Part shown: in pieces, positions 51,436-64,000 of the stretch | How the letters are laid out: each line of letters opens with the position of its first letter | Position numbering within the stretch: position 1 is the stretch's first letter | Origin: Octopus vulgaris | Taxonomy: Eukaryota | Assembly (NCBI GenBank): GCA_951406725.2 | Contig: OX597814.1 | Span: forward strand, 84,692,001-84,756,000 | Reading direction: 5' to 3' | DNA length: 64,000 bases | Position numbers and translations under genes: made by a program | The notes under the pieces: model-generated | Databases searched by the model: none | Seen by the model: only the letters and a program-made list of their open reading frames with translations | Told to the model about the DNA's origin: nothing

Positions 51436-53335
51436 GCATGCCTGCTTGGATTATCTCAGGATTAAACATAAAAGACCTGGAAGGGACAAAGCGGGCAGCC
51501 ACAATGCATGTGCAAAACACAATAGCCCTTAATGGAAGTTATGAAAGGCATATAAGGAGCCCAACTGTTTATCTTTTCCCTTTTGGGCAGTCAGCTTGCC
51601 AACTACCCACAGCTAGGACTGCTAGCTCTCTTTTTTTGCTTCAGTGCCCTACACATGGTGTCATGATGCCTCTCTCACAGTAGGTACCATCTAATGATAT
51701 ATTCGTTCACTCTGTTTTTGTTTAAACTATACATGCCAGAATGCCGTAACGTCTTGCAACGCATCTCCAACAAAATAAAAGTTGTTATATTTAGTTTTCA
51801 TTTGCATGCAGCCCACACCTAATTAACCCATCACCAACCTAACAATGGAAACACACATATACTTGCTAAAGTGGTGAACCCAACGTTGGAGAAAAGCAAA
51901 ACATTTCTCACATGGCAGTACAGAGCATCATAGCGACATTTCTTTCACCAGACTCACACACGCGGCGAGTAACAATGGCTTCACCTTCCAAAACTGCTGT
52001 TTCTTATCCACCTTTGTCTATTTTCACCAGAGACACTCCGTTTGGTTTACCCAAATGACATCCTACTTTGCAGCAAACCACATGTCATCCGAAATGCAGT
52101 GTTTGCATCTTCTGATAAGTTCTTTGCTACCTGCTCTCACGAGCAAAATACAGGATATCATTATGAATCCACTCATGGACGCCAGCTAATACCTCTTTAA
52201 AGGTCAAGATTCTATGGTGGAATTCCCTGTCAGCAGAGAAAAAGTTTCACAAACTCATTAACCTTTCTATTACTGTATTTATTTTGTGTTTCTTTCAATC
52301 ATTTTAAAAATAACAAAAAATTTAGTAAAATAACTTAGTTATCATTCAGCTTGTGTTAGGAACATAAATTGTGGCTAAGGTTTATTGGATGATTTTAATT
52401 CAAAACTTATGAAAACAAGACATTTGTACTCAGGGCCAGAGCCGGTTTCAGCTGGGTTGGTAATGAAAAGGTTAATGATGAACAGCTGGGAGACTGAGCC
52501 CTGTCGTAATTACTATGCAGAATGTGCCAGTTTGCTGAAGGCAATTCATTAGAGTGTGGTCTTCTCAAACTATATTTTTCTTGCCTGCCTGCTAATGTCC
52601 AAGCCATCCTCACACCCATGTGTGACATCAGTACCACTGAACAATTGGCAACATCAGCCGATAAAATAATGGAGATAACCACTCCGATATTACCTTCTCC
52701 TTCTTCTCTTTCCATTACTGTAGCGGCCATAGCATCCCAGTTCCAGGATTTTTGACGTGCCATGGGAAAAATGATTGAAGACCTGGCAACAGAAGTTCGC
52801 AATAAGGGATTGGTATATTGGTACCATACCAACTTTGGTGCCAAGGCAAGGAATTGCACACCACCTTGCTCTTATAGCACCCAGGGAAACACCTGAGTGG
52901 AGCAGTAAGCATGGCTACTGTCTCTGGTACTACCTCACCAAGTCGTGCATTTTTTATCAAAGATGAAATTTCCCAGAGGAGTTTCCTGGTTGACTCAGGT
53001 GCTGCCAAATATGCACACAGAAAACCTTGTCCTTCAGCCACTACCTTGCAAGTGGTCAACTATTCACCTATTACCACATATGGTGAAATTTCTCTCACCT
53101 TGAATATACAACTCAGACGATGCTTCCAGTAGGTTCTTCTAGTCGCTGATCTGCCATACCCAATCCTTGGGGCAGATTTCCTCTCCCATTTTACCTTGCT
53201 GGTCGATCTGAAAAACAGGTGACTGATCAACAGTAAGACACAGCTCAGTGTACATGGCACTGACTGTTTTGTTTCCACAGTCAGCCCAGTTTTCTTTATT
53301 GCCACTGCTTCCAACTAATTCCACATATTGTTGCA
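51436..53335 (+). mobile_element. Gypsy LTR retrotransposon fragment (probable LTR, PBS-like site, gag, protease), decayed
   Basis: tggtgaaccc PBS-like site at ~51872; gag LPANVQAIL..EQLATSADKIMEI; WYHTNFGAKARNCTPPC knuckle; protease FLVDSGA and PILGADFLSHF. Confidence 0.85.
52262..52471. mobile_element. piggyBac-like MITE inserted in Gypsy gag
   Basis: TTAA at 52258-52261 and 52472-52475; termini cctttctattac / gtaatgaaaagg; removing it restores KLINDEQLGD. Confidence 0.8.
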
Positions 53336-53403
53336 GCCTTGTGAGTAGATTTGGTAGATGGAAACTGAAAGAAATCCATTGAATATATATATATGTACAT
53401 ACA

Positions 53404-54278
53404 CAGGGTGCGGTGAATAAACTGTTATCTAAATTACGCAAAAATGAAAATAACACTGACATCTTGTTTTAACAGATATATTTACCAAAATTACATTAAA
53501 CTATCTTGAAATACTAAAGAGTAAATTTATTCAATAAAATCACCATTCGCTTCAACCACGGCCCCCAGATGACTTCAGAATCTTCTGCAACTCTTCTGGA
53601 CTGTCTCCATGTTTAAGTTGATGAATACTGCCATAATTCTTGACTTCAGTTCATCTTTGGTGTTACAAGGAGTTTTGTTGGTCTATTGCTCAACTGTGCC
53701 CCACACATAATAATCAAAGTGTTACATTCTGGGGAGTTAGTTGGCCAGATGTTAGGGTGATGTGGTTGCAGAAATTATCTGACAGCCATGACTGGATTGT
53801 GTTGCATGGTGCAGAGTCCTGTTGCCAGACATAGAGTCTTTCAGCAGACACCCCTCTTGACCCAGGGCAGCACTACCTCCTGCAGATACTTGATGTAGGC
53901 CTCTGTGTTGAGTCTGAGGCCATGTGGAAAGATGAATGGAGGCATAACATCACCATCACTAGTGATCACTCTCAACACCATGATGTTGTCTGGATGTTTG
54001 ATTTTTATCACTCTCGGTATATGTCCTCAGATTGCACTATCCTCATATTTACACCCAAACACTCTGAAATGTTCATATTGGAGCTTCTAGCATGAATGCC
54101 AAGCAGTACAGCATGTCATTTCCTAATTTCTGGCAGAGTGAATTGCATCATGGTGCTGTTTTTCTCATAGATGGTGCCCAACTGATCCTACTATACTGTG
54201 TAGTCAACAAAATCAAAAACAATGTGCATGCATGGAATTAAAAATATAAAATGGTGACAGTTTACCCAATGCACCCTG
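53404..54278 (-). mobile_element. maT/DD37D-like element, second copy of 34839-35688
   Basis: cagggtgc termini at both ends; colinear inverse similarity to 34839-35688. Confidence 0.85.
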
Positions 54279-54628
54279 TATATATGTATGTGTGTGTGTG
54301 TGTGTGTGCATGTGTGTGTGTGCATGTGTGTGTGTGTGATTGTCTTTTAGTACATGTTTGTCCTGCACCATCACTTGACCACAAGTGTTGGTTTGTTTAC
54401 GTCCTTGTAACTTAGTTGTTCAGCAACAGAGACTGACAGAATAAGTATCAGGCTTTTAAAACAAAAAGTAAGTACTGAGGTTAACTTGTTTAACTAGACC
54501 CTTTAAGGTGGTGCCCCAGCATTGCTGCAGTTCAATGATTGAAGCTAGTAAAAGAAAGATATTTCTCTCTCTGTTACACACAAACAAAATTTTCTCTAAG
54601 ATTCATTAAGATTTCTGTTCTGTTTCAG

Positions 54629-54749
54629 TGATTCAAGAAATTCAGGTTCTGTGGCAGATGATAAGATGGGGAAGTCAAATGATGTCAAAGACTTTTGTAT
54701 CTATATTGATAGCCTCCAAATGTTGCCTGATAATGCTTCTATTGTCAAG
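54629..54749 (+). CDS. Exon: DSRNSGSVADDKMGKSNDVKDFCIYIDSLQMLPDNASIVK
   Basis: tgtttcag| acceptor (alternative at 54646), AAG|gtaagc donor, phase 0 into the next exon. Confidence 0.78.
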
Positions 54750-55016
54750 GTAAGCCAGGGTGATGGATGGCAGTTGTGAAAGTGCTTTGCAATATTTAGT
54801 TAAGTCCTGAGTTCAAATCCTGCAGGGGTTGATTTTAACTTTCTTCTTCCCAGTGTCAATAACATGATTACCAGTTGTGTAACTGGAATGAATATAATTG
54901 TATTCTCTCACCTTCAAATCTTTGATCTTGTACTTAAAAGACTGTTGTTAGTGTAAGTCACGAAGAGAGGCACCACCTATACACATAAGTGTATATATAA
55001 ACATACACACACATAC

Positions 55017-55160
55017 GTATGTATGTATGTATGTATGTATGTATGTATGTATGTATGTATGTATGTATGTATGTATGTATATATGTATGTATGTATGCAT
55101 GCATGCATGCATGCATGCATGCATGTATGTATGTATGTATGTATGTATGTATGTATGTAT
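55017..55160. repeat. (TATG)n/(CATG)n microsatellite
   Basis: Direct reading. Confidence 0.95.
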
Positions 55161-56289
55161 CAGAGGGAGTCATAAGACAACTGTCATGATATACAGAATG
55201 TCTTGGACATTTTAGAGCCAACAAAGCCTATCTCTTTCCACCTCTAATTACTCTTAATTTCTTCCAGTGAGAGAGGGAGAGAGGGAGAGGGAGAGAGAGA
55301 TAGGTGAAGTTGACCTTAGGAGTGTTTGAACACATAGGGCAAGAATAAATACTGCCCTCTGAGTTCTGACACTTTAACAACTCTGTAAATTATATTTAAA
55401 TTATATGTAAATATTGTATGTATACATAAATATTGGATTATGTTTATAATTATATTTGTTTATTCCTAATTATTATCATCATCATCATCATCATCATCAT
55501 CATTTAGCATCTGCTTTCCATGAGTTAAACAGTTTGACTGGAACTGGTAAGCTGGAGAGCTGCACCAGGTTCCAGTTTGATTTGGCATGGTTTCTATGGC
55601 TGGATACCCTTCCTAATACCAACCACTCTACAGAGTGTGATGGGTGCTTTTTATGTGACACCAGCATTGGCCACAACTACAATTTCATTTGGGTTGATGA
55701 GTCTTCTCAAACACAGCATATCACCAAAGGTCTTGGTCACTTGTTATCACCTTGATGAGGCCCAATGTTTGAAGGGTGCTTTTTACCTGACACCAGCATC
55801 TGTCATGACTACGATTTCACTATTACATATATATGTAAGGTGGTGAGATGACAAAATTATTGGCATGCCAGACAAAATGCTTAGCATCATTTCTTTTGGA
55901 TTTTTATGTTTCTGGGTTCAAACTCTGCCCAAGTCATATCTGCTTTTCATCCTTTTGAGGTCGATAAAACAGTACCAGTAGAACACTGGGGTCAATAAAA
56001 TTGACTAGACCTCCTCCCACAAAATTTCAGACCTTATACCTGTAGTGGAAAGGATAATGATATATATATATATTTTTGCAAAATGTAACCACATGGCGAT
56101 TTTTTCCCTCCGTCTTCCTTTTTTCTTGGACTTTCCTCCATCTCCTGTTTCTGCTGAAGAGCTTTACTTGAAACATAAAACCACCTTTCTTTCCTTCCCT
56201 GAACATCTGCTAATACTTTGCAATACTTTGCATGTACCACACACTCATGTTGTTTTATCTTGTGTTTGTTCTTCATTTTTTGGGATTTA

Positions 56290-56334
<45 letters not shown>

Positions 56335-57164
56335 AGTTTCAAATTTTGGCACAAGGGCTACAAGTTCTGGAGAGGAGGCAAGTTGATTACATCAACCCAG
56401 TGATCAACTGGTACTTATTTTATTGACCTCAAAAGGATGAAAGGCAAAGTCAACCTTGGTGGAATTTGAATGCAGCACCTATAGACAGACGAAATACTGC
56501 TAAACATTTCACCCAGTATACTAACAATTCTGCCAGCTCACTACCTTTGTATATATAAATATTGGATTATGTTTATTTTCATATATGTGTATTATTATAT
56601 ATGTATATATAAGTATTACACTGTATTTATTACTATCTCCCTGTAACTTTAGGGTGCACCCTGATGCATCTTCACCTCATCTTCCCTCTTTACCAACTGG
56701 GGTAGCCATGCGTCTCCTCTATAGTAAGATACCTGTTTCAGACACTTTATCATACTTTAACCTCTCAACATTTAACATATAAAGCCACCTCTCCCAATGC
56801 TACAACACCCTCAGTTGAGGGATATTTCTTGTAAGTTACTTGGTGACCTCACTAGTGTTGGTGCCATGTAAGAAACACCCAATATACTCTGTATTAGGAA
56901 GTGCATACAGCCACAGAAACCATATCAAGCAGAAAAGTAGACATTGGAGCTCAGCACTGTCCTTTGGCTTGCTGGCTTCTGTTGAACCATCCAATCCCTG
57001 CTAGCATGAAAAGCAGATGTTAAATGGTTAGATAGCAGAAGGTATTCCAGGCAGAGGGAGACAAAGAAAGATTTGAAGTGAAATGATTAGGTGAGAACTG
57101 AAAATTGAACCTTACAGTTACAATGATGTAGATCCAAGTTATATGAAGAGATTTTTGTTACAAA

Positions 57165-57213
<49 letters not shown>

Positions 57214-57301
57214 AGTAATTAAGCTTCAGTTGACTTAGGTACTTTAAGTTGAAGCACCAAGTCATTCTAGTATTATCTGCACAGCTCGAAGTAAGGTAAA
57301 T

Positions 57302-57738
57302 AAAATCAAAATAAGCAACAGGATATCAAATAGTAATGCAATACGACCATTTCAAGCAGCTCCATTTAATTGAACAGTGCAATCATTACATCAATTTAAA
57401 TACAGTGCTATCTTCAGCTGCACAAAAAAATATATGGAACTTCAACAGGTAGGATGTATTATATAATTTTTCTTAAATATTTTAACAGAGCAAGAAGATG
57501 GAAGAAATTCATGTTGTTGCTTTTGTAGCAAGAATAGTGACAACAGGAATTTCTTGCTGTGTTGAAATATTTAAGAAAAATTATATTAATGTATCCTACC
57601 TGTTGAAGTTCCATATATTTTTTTGTGCAACTGAAGATAGAGCTGTATTTAAATTGATGTAATGATTGCATTGTTCAATTAAATGGAGCCGCTTGAAACG
57701 GTTGTACTGCATTAATATCCTGTTGCTTATTTTGATTT
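57302..57738. repeat. ~440-bp near-perfect palindrome flanked by (TA)n
   Basis: aaatcaaaataagcaacaggatat ... atatcctgttgcttattttgattt; arms pair along their whole length. Confidence 0.9.
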
Positions 57739-58674
57739 ATATATATATATATAATTTGTATGTGTGTATGTGTGTGTGTGTGTGGTTGTGCATATAGATA
57801 TACATATACATAAACACATACATTTGATAAGTGCCAATGTATGAAACTCTCAGCCTGAGTTACTCTGTTGCTTCTGTTAAATATTAATAAAAATACATAT
57901 ATACCAAGTGAGAGCACATAGTTTAGTGGTTAGAGTGTTGCACTCACAATCATGAGATCCCGATTTCAATTCCTAGACCATGTGGTGTTTTGTGTTTGTG
58001 AGCAAAACACTTCATCTCATGTTGCTTTGTGGTCACTTCAACACCTGACATGTCGTACATCATGTACCTGTTCAGACAATGTTGATTTGATGGAGAGAGT
58101 GAGCTAATGTGCAGCATGAACGTTTGATCACTAGAAACAAATCATTTGTGTACATTGTCTGTCAAAAGCTGAACATTCATATGTTGTCTTTGATGGGAGA
58201 GTCCATCGTACCAAGGGATAAACCAAGAACGAGATAGTTGTATGATATCCATAGTCTCTCTCTCTCTTGGAGAGGCACAAGCACCTACACGCACATATAC
58301 ACACACAGCAGTAACTTCCGCCCACCAAATTCAATCACAAAGCTTCGGTCGGCCCGGGGCTATAGCAGAAGACACTTGCTCAAAGTGCTACGCTGTGGGA
58401 CTGAACCCGAAACCATGTAGCTAGGAAACAAGCTCCCTAACCACACAGCCATGCCCATGCTTGGGAATTCAGCCAGAAAATCTAATGGCATTTGCTTCTG
58501 ATAAGATCCTATGGAGGAGGTACCTGAGGACTCTACCTCTATGATTCAACCCCAGGAATAGTGGGTGGAGAAGCTGGATGAGTAACTGGAACTCAGACAA
58601 AAAATTTAATACTGAAATATATTTTGTAAGTAGGATATGTCTTGTAACTCATATGTCTGTATTTCTACTTTCAG

Positions 58675-58932
58675 GTTGTTTCTCATCTAGTTCAGCCATC
58701 AAAGCCCTTTACAAAAAAACTGCCGCCAACGTTCCCGTCCATTGACAGCAAGTGGTGTTGTCCCATGTTTGTCCCTGAAGATCGTTTCATAATGCAAAGG
58801 ATGAAGGATAACTTACCCAAAGATACCTTTATATTGTTCACTGTGTATACCATAGACATGAACTCCACCCAGCTGTGTACACTAGGCAATGCATTAATGT
58901 GTCTTTATGAATCTTACAATGATAATAATGAT
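58675..58932 (+). CDS. Exon: VVSHLVQPSKPFTKKLPPTFPSIDSKWCCPMF...TFILFTVYTIDMNSTQLCTLGNALMCLYESYNDNND
   Basis: actttcag| acceptor, GAT|gtatgt donor, 258 nt open, phase 0-0; absent from the ORF track. Confidence 0.85.
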
Positions 58933-59221
58933 GTATGTAGTTAATTTCTTGAGTTAATTTGTTGTTTTAATTGCTCTTTCATCTTACATCACCATCATCA
59001 TTATTGTGAACAACAATGAAACTAACATCAACATAAATTTCATCACCACCACTGCCACCACCACCACCACCACCACTACTAATTCAGTAATATTGTTTAT
59101 TTCTAGTTAACTTTTAATGTTCTCTTTATTAAATATATCAACACTAATTTAATTATTTTAAAAATAATTTATATATATAATTTAGGTGCATCATTTTGAC
59201 TGTGTTTTTGTATGTAAACAG

Positions 59222-59365
59222 GTAAGATTCTGCTCTGGAGGTTATCAGCTGAAGTTAAGAAGTGGGTCTTTGGACATGTCTAAAAATATCAAGTCTTCAA
59301 GCTTAGACAATCTACCAATTGTTCCTGTGGTGTCACTTTTCATTCGGATTTTACCTTTAGTGCAG
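59222..59365 (+). CDS. Exon: VRFCSGGYQLKLRSGSLDMSKNIKSSSLDNLPIVPVVSLFIRILPLVQ
   Basis: aaacag| acceptor, CAG|gtaggt donor, 144 nt, phase 0-0. Confidence 0.8.
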
Positions 59366-59656
59366 GTAGGTGTAAATCAGTAGCTGAATCAACCAGGAAA
59401 GTAGTGACCCTATAGGCACTTAACTTGCTAGAAATAATAGTTGGATCTTCCTTAAATCACACATTGTCATCCTAAATATAAAAAAGATTGCATTGAATAC
59501 TGTGGTTGTTGATATTGCAAGATAAATTTGCTTTTTTTTTTTCATTTATTTTAATCCTTATTTTTCATCAATAGTTTTAACAAATCAGTTAATAATATTT
59601 CGTTTTTGGATTTGGTTTGCAAGATTCTTTATATGAGTTCGTGTGTTGAAGCATAT

Positions 59657-59847
59657 TCTGTTGTGTCTGGGGAGAGTCATTTTCTTTTTGTGCCTTATAA
59701 TGTAACACACTCACTGGTAAAAATTTCCACTTATTTCTTATTTTTATTTTTATTTTTATAAAAATAAGAAATAAGTGGAAATTTTACCGGTGAATGTGTT
59801 ACATTATAAGGCACAAAAAAAAAATGACTCTCCCCAGACACAACAGA
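59657..59847. repeat. ~190-bp near-perfect palindrome nested in an outer inverted repeat
   Basis: ctgttgtgtctggggagagtcatttt... / ...aaaatgactctccccagacacaacag. Confidence 0.9.
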
Positions 59848-61869
59848 GTTAATAATATATTCTCCTTTATTGTTTATAACTTTTTACTGATATTCCACTA
59901 GCTTGACAATGCTTTGTTGATAGTAATCACTGATTTGTTAAAATTATTAATGAAAAATAAGAATTAAAATAAATGGAAAAAAAGCAATGAATTTGACAAC
60001 CCAATACAAAATGATGCGATACTTTGATCATAGGTCTGCTTGACTAGTGTCAACCTAGGGCTAAACAACAACAACAACAATAACAGAAAATTAAAAATAC
60101 TGGGTAGGAAAGTATTGTGAAAGGAAGTGCAATAGGTAGGGTTAACTTAAAAGAAAGTCTATGATCCATTGTGGAGATATATTAGGCCTGTGTAGGCCAA
60201 GGAAGGTGCAGACATAGCTGCATGGTAAGAAGCTTGCTTCACAACTGCATGGTTCTGGATTCAGTCGCACTGCATGGCTCCTTAGGCAAGTGTCTTCTAC
60301 AAGGCTGACCACAGCCTTGTGAGTGGATTTGGTAGTTGGAAACTGAAAAAAGCCTGTTGTATATATATGTTGTGTGTGTGTGTGTGTGTGTATTTGTGTC
60401 TGTGTTTGTCCCTGTTGTAAAGTGGGTTCCTCTCTCTGGTGTGATGTGTGACTGCCATCTGTAATTGCTGTTTTACTTTAGTAGCCACAACAGTTATTGG
60501 TCATCAGATACCGTTGTATCTCTTCATACCGGAATAGTAATACACTAACTTCTTCTGTCTTACTATCACTGATAGCTCCACAAGACACCAACTAGAACTG
60601 TTGACTCTCAACTCTTTGACTCTCAACCCTCTCTTGATGACAGCTACTGGTCTATTTATAATGTTTGTCTCCTACCACCTTTTACCAGAGGGTAGTGCAA
60701 ATTCCGCCGAGGTCGACTTTGCCTTTCATCCTTTCGGGGTCGATAAATAAAGTACCAGTTACACACTGGGGTCGATGTAATCGACTTAATACCTATGTCT
60801 GTCCTTGTTTGTCCCCTCTGTGTTTAGCCCCTTGTGGGTAATAAAGAAATAGGTATACAGTTTCACTATACAACAGTCTCCCACTATCACTTGACAATCA
60901 GTGTTGGTGTGTTTACATCCCTGTAATTTAGCAGTTCAGCAAAAGAGATTGATACAATAAGTACCAGGCTTAAAAAATCTACTGGGGTCGATTCATTTGA
61001 CTAAATATTCTTGAAGGCAGTGCCCCAACCTGACCACTGTTTAATGACTGAAGTAAATAAAAGAATAGAGAAGGAGCAGGGACTAAAAACCTTTGGTCCT
61101 TCCCTCCTGTTCTCATGTTCTGAAGTGGGAGTAGCATAATATGAGGACATGGTTGATACAATTAATGTTTAATTAGAATTGATATAGATTAAGGGTTGAA
61201 GTGGAAGCATGAAAGGGAAGAGAGTTTGCATGAAAGATTTGGAACTATTTGAATTGTGTATTACTGATGTTGGTGTTGTTGTTGTTGTTGTTGTTGTTGA
61301 TGGTGAGGTTTAGCACAAAGTAGTCCTGATTGAGCAGACTTATTATTAAAGATATTCCAGCATTGACTATCCAATATGTTTTTGATTTTAAGACACAATG
61401 TACCTTGGATTACATTACCTTATGTGTCCTGTCTTGTTTAAGATGATAGAACATTCCAGCACTGACTATCCTGCCTTTTTTTTACAAACACTATATATCT
61501 AGAATTATCATTATCTAATGTACCTTGTTTTTCTTAAGACAGGAAGGATATAGTTTAAGAGAGATTTAGTTGTTATTTCTAACGTATTGAACGACCATGG
61601 AGAGGCTTCGTAATTTGTTTGCATAATACTGATTATAGAGAAGTAGCATACTGACATTATTCTGTTCCATTGAAATATGGTCTATTTCTGGAGTCCAACT
61701 GTCTCAAGAGATACTGAAGTTTGCATCACTGGTCAGTCAGAACTTGACCAATTCAGAGTACAAGCCAGGGTTAGGTATATAGAGATCTTGGCCTATTCAG
61801 ACTCTAGAATATCCTCTCAGTCTATCTGGTGTGATCCAAAGGAGTGTAGAATAGAACAGTTTTCTTTTA

Positions 61870-62170
61870 GTTATACAAAGGTAAAATATGCCACTGCTCA
61901 AAATTAGAGTAGAGGAACATCGCAAAGCTGTGACATGGAGAGATATTGATAAATCGAGTATAGCTGATCATATATGGAAAAATGGAGACCACCTCCCCCT
62001 GACTGATGAAGTTACAATAATAGACAGAGAACACCACTGGAAAATACGAAAACTAAAAGAAACAGCCCATATGCTAGGATACAACAACCTTCTAAGCAGA
62101 CCGAGTGCAGATATGAATAGAATATGGGAACTGGTATTAAGGAAGGATAGGAAAATATTAGATTTATAAG
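61870..62170 (+). mobile_element. Penelope-like GIY-YIG endonuclease C-terminal fragment
   Basis: LKIRVEEHRKAV...SSIADHIWKNGDH...IIDREHHWKIRKLKETAHM. Confidence 0.78.
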
Positions 62171-62739
62171 CCCTAAAATTCACTCCATAATTGCCCACAG
62201 GCATATGGCTTAGTGGTTAAGAGCACGGGCTACTAACCCCAAGATTCCAAGTTCAATTCAGTGACTTGAATAATAATAATAATAATGATAATAATAACAA
62301 TAATAACAACATCTTATGCTTACACTTCAAACAACAGCAGCAGTATTGACAAGTACTTCATTAGCTTACTGTGCTGAGGCCAAGTCTTCAGTTGAGTAAA
62401 ACATTGAAAAGCATGATCTCTGTTGAGCTGATTTTTCACAACTATATGAAAACTATATGAAAAGTTTTCAGGTGTTATTAAACTTTTCAAACGATATTCA
62501 CTTTGTTGTAAGATGTTCAAAATGTTCATAGGTTTATTATGCTTCAATAGACCTATGACATATAGATAGTCAGCTGAATACCTAGAAAACATACTGTTTA
62601 TCACATCTTCTCTCATTATCTCTCCCATCCTCTCTTACAAGTTCTTGTCTCACTGTTATTCATCTATATTCCTAGGTCTTGATTAAAACATTCCTCTGGT
62701 CCATTACTAATACTTTTCCCAATCTCTGTTACCTTACAG

Positions 62740-62908
62740 GATGTACAGCCTGCTCCACCCTATACTTCAAACTACTATCATTCTATCCAGTGTAAACCAA
62801 CCGTCTCAGAAGAAAGAATATTTAAAAGTTTCCAGAAACATTCCAAGTTATCAGAGCCACTTAGGACTCTCATCTGCAGGTTACAGCTCTCTGATGATAT
62901 CCAAGCAG
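62740..62908 (+). CDS. Exon (last seen): DVQPAPPYTSNYYHSIQCKPTVSEERIFKSFQKHSKLSEPLRTLICRLQLSDDIQA
   Basis: ccttacag| acceptor, CAG|gtaaaa donor, phase 0-1; the gene continues beyond the window. Confidence 0.8.
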
Positions 62909-63199
62909 GTAAAAAGTGACTCTCATCTCTATCATAATAAGCAGTTAACATATTTAGTAATGTCTATTGGGAAATATCAATGATATACTGCAGAATGTTG
63001 GTATAATGGAGTTCTGGTGGTTACAGTATTGAATTGGTGTTTATGTATAATGTTGGTGGTAGCCCATTAAGGCAAAAATTTATCAACCACATACCTGGTG
63101 TATATTATACTTTCATTGCTAGATTTTTTATTGTGATTATGTAGAATGCCACAAACATAGTCCTTGATGGACAGCTCATAGCTACCTCATCTTTTAGCC

Positions 63200-63950
63200 T
63201 AAATAATTTGCTGCTTACATAAGCATATACTGTATCAGGATTATACTTAAGAGATACCACTAAATTAATCTGAAGAGCCTCAATATATCTTTGAAGAAAC
63301 TAACCAAATTGTCAATGTCTGTTTATTAACACTCTAGTGGCAAAAACTATAGAAGCCATATTAAATAATATATATCAACACCCAAGAAATAATATCAGCC
63401 ACTATATCAGATGACGTACTAAAAAGATTATTTGTATCTTGTGCAACTGAAGAATCCTTCCACTGTCCACAAGGTAAGTTATTAAAGTAAAGAAAAGAAT
63501 GATCATGGATTCTCCATCAGGGTCGATATTTGCAGCATTTTATGTGGCCTGTATAGAAAATAAAGTGATAACAAGGCATGAAAAATGTAATACATGCTAG
63601 GAATGTGGACTATATATTTGTAATAGACACACTACAAAATGTTTAAACTTTAAAGGAAGACCTAAAAAACAGTTCAGTAACCAAAATATTTTAGATAAAA
63701 CTCACAGCGATACAGTGACTCCATTTCTAGAACCAAACATTCAGATAAAATATAACAGATATCTCATGACTGTACTTAAATGAATACAGTGAAATTTCAC
63801 ACAGATATGAAATATTTGTGGTAAAATGGCTTCTCGGAAGAGTGTTTGAATTCTCATTCAGAAACAATGCACCAAATAAAGAAATCTACACAATTATACA
63901 GACACAAAGCAATAATGGATTTATTTTAGCAAACTAATAAACCAAGTCTG
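63200..63950 (+). mobile_element. Penelope-like RT remnant, highly decayed
   Basis: CLFINTLVAKTIEAILNNIYQHP, MDSPSGSIFAAFYV, ARNVDYIFV, TPFLE, matching PLE SLFTNVP / MGSPL..ANFYM / RYVDDIF / LPFLD. Confidence 0.68.
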
Positions 63951-64000
63951 AGAACAATACAAACACAAATACAATGCAAATACAATACTAGTTACTGCAT

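Noticed and set aside
54629-54749. Alternative open frame IQEIQVLWQMIRW..
   Set aside because: It ends in phase 2, incompatible with the phase-0 downstream exon.
63400-63480. Possible further host exon ending CAAG|gtaagt at ~63474
   Set aside because: The sequence reads through as Penelope-like RT remnant, so the donor is probably coincidental.

Overview
AT-rich, microsatellite-laden eukaryotic (metazoan) genomic DNA. The SINE, RTE and mariner repertoire looks like an octopod cephalopod (Octopus-like); this is an inference. The window lies within one large + strand multi-exon gene. I reconstructed 18 coding exons (about 985 codons) with GT-AG boundaries and matching phases, apart from one junction; neither start nor stop is in the window. 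The protein has a degenerate TBC/Rab-GAP-like domain that appears to lack both catalytic fingers, followed by C2-like beta-rich regions. The introns are filled with decayed mobile DNA: RTE, CR1 and R4-like LINEs, Penelope-like remnants, a Gypsy gag-protease fragment, several mariner/maT elements, piggyBac-, hAT- and Merlin-like MITEs, and three tRNA-type SINE families. The most notable unannotated signal is a set of hammerhead-ribozyme motifs in short direct, tandem or inverted repeat units (retrozyme/Penelope pLTR-like), including one apparently intact type I hammerhead at 12093-12158 inside a terminally redundant 480-bp unit. Most ORFs in the supplied track are microsatellite artefacts.
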